Assembly: GCA_040437565.1 (NCBI GenBank)
Contig: JBDOQK010000026.1
Span: 62,001 to 126,000, forward strand
Direction: 5' to 3'
Length of the DNA: 64,000 nt
Source: Albugo candida
Taxonomy: Eukaryota
In this document: piece by piece, positions 1 through 11,200 of the stretch
Position numbering within the stretch: position 1 is the first letter of the stretch
Layout: the number at the start of each line of letters is the position of its first letter
Notes under the pieces: model-generated
Databases searched by the model: none
The model's input: only the letters and a program-made list of their open reading frames with translations
What the model was told of the DNA's origin: nothing
Position numbers and translations under genes: made by a program

Positions 1-1
1 A

Positions 2-319
2 CGCTCGTACACCTTTTCGAACGCAATTACCTCATCACTCTCACCCAAATTCCAATCTTCGGTACCTCAACAATCCAACGGTCCATCGACACCACACCTC
101 ACTCCGCCTTTTCCGCCTTTGTACTATTCCAAGCGCCAATCTGCGGCAATGGCAGCTGCAGCCACAATGAAAGCGACGTATCAATATGAACAAATCCAAA
201 GTCGAATGGATGGAAATCATCACACTGATGAAATCTGCACCGAATTTCTTATTCAATACGCAGATCTTGAAGCAATTTGGACCAAAAAGAAACCCAACTC
301 GTGCATCGTGTACAAATAA
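2..319 (+). CDS. 3' end of a hypothetical protein, truncated by the window edge
   Basis: The frame is open from base 2 to TAA at 317-319 (Ser/Pro-rich, ending ...WTKKKPNSCIVYK). It converges on the HECT gene stop 18 nt away. Confidence 0.5.
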   Translation, partial: RSYTFSNAITSSLSPKFQSSVPQQSNGPSTPHLTPPFPPLYYSKRQSAAMAAAATMKATYQYEQIQSRMDGNHHTDEICTEFLIQYADLEAIWTKKKPNSCIVYK

Positions 320-337
320 ACAGTCTGTGCATTCACT

Positions 338-2708
338 TTATTCCATCCAAAACCCACTGATCTCCATATTGATCACCAATGTGAGATACTTGATGAGCTC
401 TTCTTGTGTCTGATACAGCGGAATATCGATTCGATTAAAACAAGTGTGTCCTTTTGGCATCAATCCCGCAGGCGGTGGTCCTCTCTGCACGAATTGGATC
501 GTGAATCGTCTCACACGACCATCGCTACTCGTCAAAGCTTTGAAGCCTTGTACTGGCACACGACTTGTTCCCGTGGAAAATTGCAATAATCGAGCTCGAT
601 CTTCAGCGGTGAAATGCTTTTTCAAAACAGTCCAAAACCATTGCAACACTTTACGTTCCGCGTGTGTCGGCTTCTCGAGCTTCACCCATCGAACTTCGGT
701 GTGGGAGACCCAATCATCAACATCGATAACGGGAATTCCCGAAAGCAATAGATCAAATTCCTGATAGTCGAAGACGGTCAACAAGTACGCCGGAACGATA
801 TCATACAATCCTTTCAGTAGTGCGGTTAATTGTTCGGAAATACTGGAGAACATGTGGTACTTGAGCAACAATTCCATGTACTCTTTCTTGTTATCGTCAT
901 TCACTTCGATATTTCGACCATTCGGTTTGAGCTCCATTGTGGCTCGGGATCCATCTTGTTGATATTGTTGGACTGTGAAATCGATTCCGACAACTTCAGC
1001 ATGGTCATTCTTCTTGATCCAGCAGACATTCTTATGAAGATCTTCATCGAGATACTCTAAATCGGAGAACGAAATTGGGACGCCTAAAAGATGTTTGATC
1101 AATGGGAGTGCCAGTGAGACTTTCATGTTGTATCCTTCGATCAAAGCTTTGCCAATGAGCCGACCAACAAACTCGTAATGAAGCAAGTGATCTGTGATTT
1201 GGACCGAGCTCGCATTGATCCAGTAACCGAACCGCTCGCCTTTCGTCGATTGGAAGAGACCGAATTCATCGCTGAAAAGCAGGTCGCTTAACAGTTCATA
1301 CCATTCGCGGATCAACCCACCCGCATCCAAACCCGGTTCATTCTCAAAGTAAATACGTAACCGTTCCCAGAACCGGCTTGCGGGGCATTTTAACATTTGT
1401 TCCATAGAGTCACTTAACAGATGTGTACGTCGCACCACTAAGTACGGGTTACGATGAGATATTACATTCAGCAAGAAAAAGAATCGTAAACGTAAACGTA
1501 CCAAATCGAATATGATTCTCGCCATTACGCCAATTTTTTTGTACTTGACGGAGAAACCAGCGATTCTTTTCGTGAAATGTTAACGATGCGATCGCTTCCA
1601 GGTCGTGCTCGGGTGGTGGTTGATGATGCGATAAATCCGTCGAGATTACCGGTGTCCATTCAACCCCGCCGTAACCATCGTCGTGTCGAACGTAACCCGT
1701 GGATACATCGGTGAGGTTATCTCTACGGTTATACGCTTCCTCGTTTTCCTGAATTTGCTTCAAATTACGTTTACTCTGTCCAAATTGAGGGGATGTGCTA
1801 CTCTGATACAAACTCGCGACGAGCGTTTTTCGTTCTTCGGCTTCTTCCAATTGTTGCAAAGCTGTCGCACGCAGCGGTTGAATGTGTATTTCATCGCTTT
1901 CATCATATTCTGTGTACGCAAAACTATTATTAAATGTATTCTCCCGCCGACCGTCATAGATTTCTGACTCTGAAATCCTGTCCCCGAAATCCAATAGCGC
2001 TTGTGCAACATTCTCATGCACTTCCCGAAGAGATGATGTGATGGAAGTGAAAGAAGACTGAGACATAGTTTCATTGGTGAATTGAGATGTTTGTATCACA
2101 TCTTGCGCATATATAGGGACAGAAACAGCCTCCGCCATGTCAATACGAACCCAACGCAGCGCGCCATCTGGGCCCTTCTTCCGCTGCCATAAGTGCCTTC
2201 GAACGGCTGCTTTCTGCCGAGACGTTAAGTTCATTTGTTTGAGTCGACGAACATGAAACGAGCGAATCCGTGACATCTGATTGAGAACACTCGCGTTTGA
2301 TTGGACGATATCTGAATGATGCGATTTAAAGACTCGTAGAAACGAGTTATTTTCCATTAGCACTTGTGGTGTTCCGCACATGATACATTCAGGTCGATTC
2401 GGATGATTGTAATGATAACAGATGGAGCACGGCCATTCTTGTTCACCACGTGCGAGGAAGCTGATAAAAAATCAATGAAGAGTGAGGAAGGCACGCGTAG
2501 AGAGTAGATGGCGAGCGTACCTATCCACTAAATCCTGCCGCATCATGTTGTTATTCTGGTTATCGCGGACGAGAAACTCGTCGATTTTTCGAGCGTAATT
2601 CCAATAGTACCATATGCTGATAAAGACGACTGCCATCGCTGCTGCGAGGAATGCGTAAACGACCATGGACATAGCCGGGCTCAATTCCTCGCCGAAAAAC
2701 GATACCAT
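338..2708 (-). CDS. HECT E3 ubiquitin ligase with N-terminal TM helix and RanBP2-type zinc finger (3 exons)
   Basis: Exons 2708-2521, 2460-1502 and 1437-338 join in frame across GT-AG introns 2520-2461 and 1501-1438. TM segment VVYAFLAAAMAVVFISIWYYW; zinc finger WPCSICYHYNHPNRPECIMC; HECT motifs EPGLDAGGLIREW, LLQFSTGTSRVP and catalytic PKGHTCFNRIDIP. Confidence 0.92.
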
Positions 2709-2981
2709 GAGGAAGAGAAACGATGGTGTAATCGACCGAGCGGTCGACGTTGTAAATTGTGCTTGCGATTGGGTACGATATTCAACAGTTCAGACAAGCA
2801 GGTTACGCACGAAGCGTAACCAGAGTTTAGGCGAATGCGTTTAGTAAATGGTAGAGACAAAGCTGTTTAGGTTCAAAAACCTAACGCTATTGGCTTACAG
2901 GTCACCGTCCTCTTTGGGGACACCTTCCCGCGACAATCGAGCCTATTCACTGGCCGAGATCATTAACACGTACGGCGTTCC

Positions 2982-5900
2982 ATGTGGCGTTCACTTGTGC
3001 GTGTATGCTTACCAAATTCAAAGCGCAAAAGGCAATACGCTACTTCAATCTACGGTTCAATTCAATTTTCTCACTCGCTCTTGCAATCAAAATCTTGTGG
3101 TCGTGTGTCGTCTTTCCGATGTATAAGCTTATCGAAACAAAGCAATACGCCGCACACAAATACGAATCCTATATCGCTCTCTGAACGCACTTTAACGCAG
3201 GAACAAAGAAAACTTATCCATCAACAACGAGCCGATCTTGAAAAAGTTGCAAAACGGTTATGCGTATCTTTACGAACGGAATTGGATAGTGAATGTACAC
3301 TCACTGAAGCCACTGTATCTTCATGGAATTCGGATACGAGGAGGATGATTTCAGATATTCATTCTACGATAGTAAATGTCCAGGAGCTTGGGAGTATGAT
3401 AGCGTCGGATGTAATGTGGCTTGAACGGCGTCTTTCCTATGAGATTGAATTGGGATTTGAGGGCGCAATTGCAATTGCAATGAAACAGAGAAACTTCAAA
3501 GCGGCAGATATGTGTTATGAGCTATTGTTATCCTTCCATCCTCAATTAGTTCCCACCAATGCAACATTTTCCTATCTGATACAAGGCGTCGGATTACGCC
3601 AAACAGGAAAAGGACATCATAAAGCTTATTTCGGTGTGACAGAGTTACGTAAATGGATCGACATGAACAGCAGCGCATGGGAAGGGAAAGTATTGCATTT
3701 ACTGACTACTGAAAAGCGTCCTCATTATCTTAAATCCGATTTTGAAAGGAATCGGTTACGCGATCAATTACTACATGACATCCAGCAGTTGTTGCAACAA
3801 TATGAAACATTCGTACAACCTCATCCAAGTTCCTCGTTACGCGAACAATTGCAATTGACGGAAGTCAATGAATCTACATTGCAGGATGATGCGCATCAAT
3901 CACATCCGTTCATGATCGCCATGGAAGTATGTGCCAGGAATACGGTGCCCTTCAAACGATTGCTCCACTTAATGGTCCAACGAAAGCGAAATGTTCGACA
4001 ATATTTCGATGCTAAGACCATGTACCTTCCATTACTTGATAGTGCTCGATGGGGAGAGATTCCAGCAACAATTGAGCAGTTCGTGCTGGAAAACCAACAA
4101 CAATCGTTCGAGTCTGTTTCCGATATACAATTACTGGTGCAAATGTGGCAAACGTCCATGAAAAGTATTTGCAATTCATTCACAAGTCGTTATTTCCATC
4201 GATACATTCATATGTCTTCTACGGAACTTGAAGGTCTCCGCAAGGTTTTTCATCATACCGAAGAAACTTTCCGTAAATTGATGCCCGTCCATCATACAGA
4301 CCANNNNNNNNNNNNNNNNNNNNNNNNNNNNNNNNNNNNNNNNNNNNNNNNNNNNNNNNNNNNNNNNNNNNNNNNNNNNNNNNNNNNNNNNNNNNNNNNN
4401 NNNAATTCATTCACAAGTCGTTATTTCCATCGATACATTCATATGTCTTCTACGGAACTTGAAGGTCTCCGCAAGGTTTTTCATCATACCGAAGAAACTT
4501 TCCGTAAATTGATGCCCGTCCATCATACAGACCATAAAAGCACCACTTTCCTTCTCTCCGAAACCGATTACGAAAATCTCTTTCGACTTCGTATCAAAGC
4601 CGCAGCAATGTGTGGTTTGCACAACTCTGTTTTGGAAATATTGGACCAATATATTGCTGCAGATTGGCTTCCAGTGGAGCAGAATGGAGCACGCACTCAC
4701 AAAAAAGTTTTTTTGATCGCACTGGAGATATTCTCTAGTGTCCATGTCCAATTGTTGGAGCTATCTTCGAAAGACTGGATCGATCGAAGTTTTCAGTCTG
4801 ATATCACACGCTCGTCGAAATTCCTGCAGCTGGAACAAAAATTCTTCCATTTGACGGAACATGTTATTCCCGAAACTGTGAACTTGTGCAAAAGTAAGTT
4901 GAGAGAAATGGAAAATAGCGAACAAGCGGATAAGGTAATGGCAATGGACATGTTACAATTCGAAATGGAACGCGCTTTATCGCAAAAATTACGACTCGCT
5001 CGAACATTATCCGGCAAAATCATTGCTGCTAGAACTGGCAAAGGAAGATACTCGGCTGTACGTCAAGTGTTTCGCCAAGCTGATACATATGTGGACGACG
5101 TCATTGAAAAGCTGTTGGATCTGCCTGCTGAATTGAATCTATATAACGTTGACGGAGATTTGGACGTGGATATGGCATTGATGACCCAATACTTGACATG
5201 TGCCAATCGATTCGAACATCGACTTCGCGCACAAAGTGTGGTCGTAGGGCCTCATTTGATGAAACGAGTGTTTCGGATCTTGGACAATGTGGACAATATG
5301 TGTAGTGTTGCTAGTGAACGTAATAGAGCTTCCGCTGAAGAAACGCTTTCGGCTGTGAGGAATCTTTTTTGGCTGGCCGCACGAACAGCAGCTATTTTGG
5401 CTCGACCACAGGACCTTGAACGCGTGTATTCTCGACGATTCGCGTCACTTTCTAAACTTGATGCAACACCCAGCTCTCCATCCGAACTTACTGCACGCGA
5501 ATATGATTTACTGATATACGCATTTTCAGCCCAACACCAATTTGTGAAAGCGTGGGAGCTATTCCAAATAATGCAAAACAATGGCTTAGTACCAACCCGC
5601 GACACGATTCATCGTATGATTTTGTTGCAGCTTCGAACATTGGCAGCCGATGCCTCCTACTCGCCAAGAAAGCCGTATCGAGACGATGAAGAGAATGTAG
5701 CGCCACTTTCGGACGAAGAAATCGCATCTAATGAGATCATCAGCGATCTTGAACGTGAATTGTACGAGGAAGAGTTTGGTCAGGAACACGTGGACGATAA
5801 AGAAGGAGGCATCTTACCATATTCTGGGCATCACCAATTATCCGATATTGTGACTTTTATCCAGGATTGGTACAATCGAGCGCATGTTACGCCGTACAGT

Positions 5901-6086
5901 AAAACAGCTCTTCCCGTATTGGAGCGATTGATAATGGCAAAAGACAAGTCTGAAGTCATTCGATTCGTTCAGAGCCTGCATTCTATGAAAGCTATCTCGC
6001 CTGTTTTACACGTCTGGCTAGAAAACCGCTTGAAAGACATTGGACTCTCTCGCGAAGAGCTGAATTTAAACGAGCAGGAATTCTGA
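2982..6086 (+). CDS. Pentatricopeptide-repeat (PPR)-containing protein, probably mitochondrial
   Basis: Arg/Ser-rich, acid-poor N-terminus. Clear PPR motif EYDLLIYAFSAQHQFVKAWELFQIMQNNGLVPTRDTIHRMI and a weaker one near LVPTNATFSYLIQG. About 130 bp is artefactually duplicated around gap 4304-4403. Confidence 0.7.
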   Translation: MWRSLVRVCLPNSKRKRQYATSIYGSIQFSHSLLQSKSCGRVSSFRCISLSKQSNTPHTNTNPISLSERTLTQEQRKLIHQQRADLEKVAKRLCVSLRTELDSECTLTEATVSSWNSDTRRMISDIHSTIVNVQELGSMIASDVMWLERRLSYEIELGFEGAIAIAMKQRNFKAADMCYELLLSFHPQLVPTNATFSYLIQGVGLRQTGKGHHKAYFGVTELRKWIDMNSSAWEGKVLHLLTTEKRPHYLKSDFERNRLRDQLLHDIQQLLQQYETFVQPHPSSSLREQLQLTEVNESTLQDDAHQSHPFMIAMEVCARNTVPFKRLLHLMVQRKRNVRQYFDAKTMYLPLLDSARWGEIPATIEQFVLENQQQSFESVSDIQLLVQMWQTSMKSICNSFTSRYFHRYIHMSSTELEGLRKVFHHTEETFRKLMPVHHTDXXXXXXXXXXXXXXXXXXXXXXXXXXXXXXXXXXNSFTSRYFHRYIHMSSTELEGLRKVFHHTEETFRKLMPVHHTDHKSTTFLLSETDYENLFRLRIKAAAMCGLHNSVLEILDQYIAADWLPVEQNGARTHKKVFLIALEIFSSVHVQLLELSSKDWIDRSFQSDITRSSKFLQLEQKFFHLTEHVIPETVNLCKSKLREMENSEQADKVMAMDMLQFEMERALSQKLRLARTLSGKIIAARTGKGRYSAVRQVFRQADTYVDDVIEKLLDLPAELNLYNVDGDLDVDMALMTQYLTCANRFEHRLRAQSVVVGPHLMKRVFRILDNVDNMCSVASERNRASAEETLSAVRNLFWLAARTAAILARPQDLERVYSRRFASLSKLDATPSSPSELTAREYDLLIYAFSAQHQFVKAWELFQIMQNNGLVPTRDTIHRMILLQLRTLAADASYSPRKPYRDDEENVAPLSDEEIASNEIISDLERELYEEEFGQEHVDDKEGGILPYSGHHQLSDIVTFIQDWYNRAHVTPYSKTALPVLERLIMAKDKSEVIRFVQSLHSMKAISPVLHVWLENRLKDIGLSREELNLNEQEF

Positions 6087-6796
6087 GTGTTGGTGTAATA
6101 TGCAAAATAAAATTCGGAGAGTGAAGCGATGTATCACATTTCGTATTGATAGTATATATTCATCAGAGTGATTGCGTTCTGAAAGCAAGTTGTCAAATGA
6201 CCAACTTGCAGTTGGATCGATGAAGCATTGATAAAGAGAGACAGGTCCGGAAACCGGATGGATTGTACACTGACTGAAAAAAGGAAGCACTCGGATGGTA
6301 AGCACTGCAAATTGATGGCAATGGTAAGATGCAATCTAACTGAAATTCATTAGTCGAGACTGTTCATTGTTAATAATTGTTCGCTGAACGTTACACAAAT
6401 CGTTTCTACCGACTAGTAGCCCTAACACTACTTTCATACCGCGAATAGGTATAATCAAGTACCATACCCAGCCAAATACAGCTCTCGCGTCAGTCGCGTC
6501 ACCAGGGTAGAATCATTAAACTGTATCTCTTGCGATCGTTGTATGCGCGTCGCAATGTATCATAATGCATCGATTTCGCCACCAAACCGCAAAGAAAGGC
6601 TTTTTTGGGGGTATAAAGCGTTGCATATGTCTACAGGGAATGCACAGGAAGCGTTCCAATCAACCACAAAATCCATGAATAGTGGAAGAAGAGGGGTAGA
6701 ATTGATTTTATGCACCCAAAATAAAAAGATTCCGGCACTTGCGATTACTCGATCCACATATGGTTTCTATCACAATCCATTTCACTGCATCACACA

Positions 6797-7669
6797 ATGT
6801 TTCCATCCGCTTCAAATGATACCAACAGCGATGACGAACTTAAGAACTTAATGATGCCGCGACGTCACAGCGACACGCTCTCATCCAAAGCTGCAACGCA
6901 ATTGATACAAAGCGTTCATCGCGTGGGTCAGGATCGACACTTGGCGGACAAGCTTCCATCCATTGCTGATCTTTTGGCTTCTCGACGAGCTGAGGAATTG
7001 ATGCAGCCGTTGACCGAAATTGAGTATGTGAGTCGACCGCGAAGTCGGACAGAGCCTCCATTTCCATTCTTTTCAACAAGTTCAGCATGCATGCCAAAGA
7101 TCGAGCCAATTGAAGACACATCCCCATGGCCGTCAGCAGTGCAGTATCAATCTATTTTCAGAGATCATTTGACCACAATGATTCCTGTTTGCGTAAATGA
7201 AGCAGCAGCGTGTGCAAATGGTCAGATTCCATTGTACGATCTCGGCCTCGATGCACGTGGTGTGGCATTACATCCCGAATTCATCTACATCCGACCGATC
7301 TCATGCATGTATTTTCTCCGTTGCAAGCGATTACTGGGCAAAGGATCCTTTGGCTTCCCACGACGGAGATCGCCATCACCAATTGGACACACTGAAAACT
7401 CTCGATGTAAAGAATACGAATGGCGGAAGATGAGTTTTGTCACCGCGTTGCCAAAGCAAAAGCCGCTGGTGAGGTATGTGACAGCAACCTGCTACACACG
7501 AACCTCTTTGGAATCGCAAGATAAAAGAAAAGTCTTTCGAATGCACGCTGTCATGCTCGCATCGGAGGATGGAAATTTAGACATTGGAGACTTTGTGTTG
7601 GTGCATATCCGAGCGGGAGGAAGTAAACGTATAGGAATCCGTGCTCCTCGAAATTGTTCGGGTGAATGA
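6797..7669 (+). CDS. Hypothetical protein with possible CG-1-like DNA-binding domain
   Basis: 290-aa ORF with a low-complexity N-terminus. The C-terminal EYEWRKM...RYVTATCY...FRMHAVML...FVLVHIR resembles the CG-1 (CAMTA) pattern by eye. Confidence 0.6.
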   Translation: MFPSASNDTNSDDELKNLMMPRRHSDTLSSKAATQLIQSVHRVGQDRHLADKLPSIADLLASRRAEELMQPLTEIEYVSRPRSRTEPPFPFFSTSSACMPKIEPIEDTSPWPSAVQYQSIFRDHLTTMIPVCVNEAAACANGQIPLYDLGLDARGVALHPEFIYIRPISCMYFLRCKRLLGKGSFGFPRRRSPSPIGHTENSRCKEYEWRKMSFVTALPKQKPLVRYVTATCYTRTSLESQDKRKVFRMHAVMLASEDGNLDIGDFVLVHIRAGGSKRIGIRAPRNCSGE

Positions 7670-7784
7670 CGGGCTCTGTTCATGTATAGAATCGCTTGGA
7701 ATTGATAAAAACTTGGAAACATATCTGAATTTTGCTGCATTTCATCCTCACAATAATTGAGTACTGTACCATTCACTCTGGTAC

Positions 7785-7896
7785 ATGAGTGTCCCTCATT
7801 CCCTCTCAGAATATGACTGTCCCTCATTCCTTCTCAGATTATGAGTGTCCCTCGTTCACTCACAGAGTAGAATTATCCCTCATTCCCTCTCAGAGT
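7785..7896. repeat. 28-bp minisatellite, 4 degenerate copies
   Basis: Units: ATGAGTGTCCCTCATTCCCTCTCAGAAT / ATGACTGTCCCTCATTCCTTCTCAGATT / ATGAGTGTCCCTCGTTCACTCACAGAGT / AGAATTATCCCTCATTCCCTCTCAGAGT. Confidence 0.9.
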
Positions 7897-8206
7897 GTGA
7901 GTGCCATTGATTCTCCTCCAATCGATTTCCCTCACAATTTTCCTCACTTCCTCACGTAATTTATTTTTCACGCAAACGCTCGCAAAGAAATACATAAATG
8001 AGCCAAACGGGTCGTACGATATTCGCATTGTGTGGCGGATTGCTTGGTGCTTATTACGGTTTCTACTTGCAGCAAAAGTTGTTGGAAGAGCAAAGAGTTT
8101 GATCCTCTTTCTTCTCCTCATCCCTCACTCATCCCCTCATGTAGGTCTCCCTCATCGTCGAAGAAGAAGCCCAAAAGCGCTTCAAAATGACACAAAAGAT
8201 CGCCAC

Positions 8207-11200
8207 ATGCCAGCAAACAAACGTGAAAACAAAATACATTCGACTCCCTTAAAGCATTTCGACCCGAAACCGTACAATGAAACGACACTCTGTGCGCTCT
8301 TTGACGCAATGAGTGCGTCTCTTTCCAATGACAATGCCACAGAGTACGTGAAACTCAACGAAATCGCATCGGAAGACTCGGAGATCATTCACGAGACTCC
8401 ATCCACCGCATACGTGCACGATATCAGACGTCTCAACGACTTTCAGGACCGCTTACGCGATGGACTTGTTCCTGTAACACTTCACACGCACTCGGGGTCG
8501 CCAGTAAACGGCTTCTTGGAGCTACAGCGCGATAGAAATACGTTACAATGGCGAAATTGCAGTCGATTCTCATTCCGTCCACAGACGCAATCGATCTCAT
8601 TGCATCTCGTTCAATCGCTTCGTTTAGGGCGACAAACGACCAATTTCGTCCGAACAATCAAATTCCTCCGAGAAAAAGAGCTCGTGGAAAGCGATAATCG
8701 CTGTTTATCGCTCTGTGTCCCACAGATCGCACAGAAGCCTGCACAATCTCCATGGGCCTTCCGTTCCCGTCTCCATCTCCCAACGCATTCGCCGCTTCCG
8801 AGTGTCGTTTTCACATCCTTTGACATTGAATTTCGCGATCAGAGCACTCGCGACACAGCGTTTTACTTTTTCTACCAACGCACACACATCCACGCGACGT
8901 CAATGGCGCATCAGAGCAATCGGAAGCTTCCATATAGCATCTCCACACGCTGCTTTCAAATCGTTCGACATCCAGCACTTTTATTTCTCATCGTTTTCGC
9001 ACTCATTGGCAATATGTTTTGCATCGCATTGGATCCAAAATTCCTTTCGAAAAACGTCTCATCGATTGCGTTTTGGTCGGAAAATATGCTTTTGGGAATT
9101 CTCACATTCGAACAAATGCTCCAATTCGGTGCGTACGAAGGAATATCACCTCACATGTGCGATCGTATCGAAGCAATTGTCATCGCATCGAGTTGGATCC
9201 TGTTGTGTTTCTGGCGCAACGAGCGTCCCGATCGCGTCACAGGCGCACGTTTGAGCTTCCTATCGCTTCGACTATTGCGTTGTATCGGTCATTTTCGCAT
9301 TTGGAAAGGTTTCGATCAAGTTGTCGACACGCTCACAGCCGCAATTCCAATGGCACTGAATGCGCTGTTGTGTTACGGGTACTACTTGTCCCTGTTCGCA
9401 ATCCTTGGCATGTACATGTTCAATGATGCGCTCATGTATCGCTGTGTGCTGCCTGCATCCTCATCATCGGACTCGGGTTTTCTCGCAGCAAATCCGCTTC
9501 GTTTCTGTCACTTGCAGTCGTCGGGAACATCGAATTGTCCGAGTCCGATGGAATGTGTGGGATCCAAACCGCCTCACAACGGATACGCAGGCTTCCATTC
9601 CTTCCAGGCTTCGTTCCTCACCGTGTTTCTCATCTCAATGCGCTCAGGATTTGGATCGACAATGGATGGAGCCTTACAAGCAACTTCAGCAATGAGTGTC
9701 TTTTACTTTATCGGAATTGTCGTTTTCGTATCGTACATGCTGTTATCTCTGTTCGTCGGCGTCCTACGTGCCAGCTACATCAGCGTCGTGGTCCATCAGC
9801 CACAGCGAGATCGATTGTACGCCCAGGAATACACCGCTTATGTGGCCAAAGAGCGACCACAATTCCCAGTGTGTCCACTTCCATCGTTCCATTTCCACAC
9901 GTACGAGCGTTTGTACACATTCGTTCTCCATGTAACAGCACGCACGAGCGCTCAAAGCATTGAAATTCTCTCTCAATGGATCCAACAATGCAACGTCCAC
10001 ATCGATGGAAATAAACTTTTTTATCTCATCGCGCCTCAAAGCGTATGGATGCAAAAGATTCGCTTTCTCGTCGATTCGATCTACTTGGAGCATTGTATGA
10101 ACGTTATTGTCGTATGCAATTCCATTCTTTTCGCGCTCGAGTACCACGGAATGAGTTCATTGTACGCGTCTCGCCTTTATCGTCTTGAGATTCTTTGCAT
10201 GATTCTCTACTCCATCGAATTTGTGCTTGTGGCTGCGAGTTGTGGAGGTGTGGTCGCGTACTTTGGCACTCCATGGCACCGATTCGATGGCATTGTACTG
10301 ATCATCGCGCTTCTCCAAATGACAATNNNNNNNNNNNNNNNNNNNNNNNNNNNNNNNNNNNNNNNNNNNNNNNNNNNNNNNNNNNNNNNNNNNNNNNNNN
10401 NNNNNNNNNNNNNNNNNNNNNNNNNNATTCTTTGCATGATTCTCTACTCCATCGAATTTGTGCTTGTGGCTGCGAGTTGTGGAGGTGTGGTCGCGTACTT
10501 TGGCACTCCATGGCACCGATTCGATGGCATTGTACTGATCATCGCGCTTCTCCAAATGACAATGTCACCAGCAGTCGATCAAAATCATCCGACCGTATTG
10601 GTCCTCGGTCTATTTCGTCTCGTGCGTCCATTTCGAATGATCCGTCAGAATCGTCAGCTTCTCCAAGTGTTTCATGTGTTTCTCACATCGATTCCACCAT
10701 TTGTGAGCCTCGTCATGCTTCATTTTATCATTTCCAGTGTCTTTGCTGTGATCGGAATGCAATTATTCGGTGGCAGATTTCCCGCTTCCTTACGTCACGC
10801 GAATTTCGATTCATATGGCGACAGTATGCTGACACTATTCAAATGGACGTGTGGAGGGAACGTATGGCATATCTTTTTCACCGCATTAGCTGCCACATCG
10901 ATGCTTCAGGCTTTTGTATTCTTCCTCTCGTACTTTGTCGCCGTCGTATGTCTTCTTCTCAACCTGATGCTCGTCACATTTCTTCGCGGCTTTGCAATGA
11001 ACGACGATGAAAAACGGACGACATTGAGCGATCAATTCCAACAGCGGCTTTTGGAGATGCAACATGTCCATAAATTCGATGAGAAGGAGTTCTTGCAAGC
11101 ATTTGAAGCGCTGTATCGTCATGAGATCATGTACGCGACATTGTCGGGGTCTTTGGATTTGAAAAAGGCGAAATACTTCAAAAAGACGCGAGCATTGATG

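Noticed and set aside
6066-6851. Short ORFs between the PPR gene and the 6797 gene
   Set aside because: No motifs or splice support; probably UTR or promoter sequence.
7785-7896. CRISPR-like array
   Set aside because: The units are contiguous with no unique spacers, there are no cas genes, and the context is eukaryotic.
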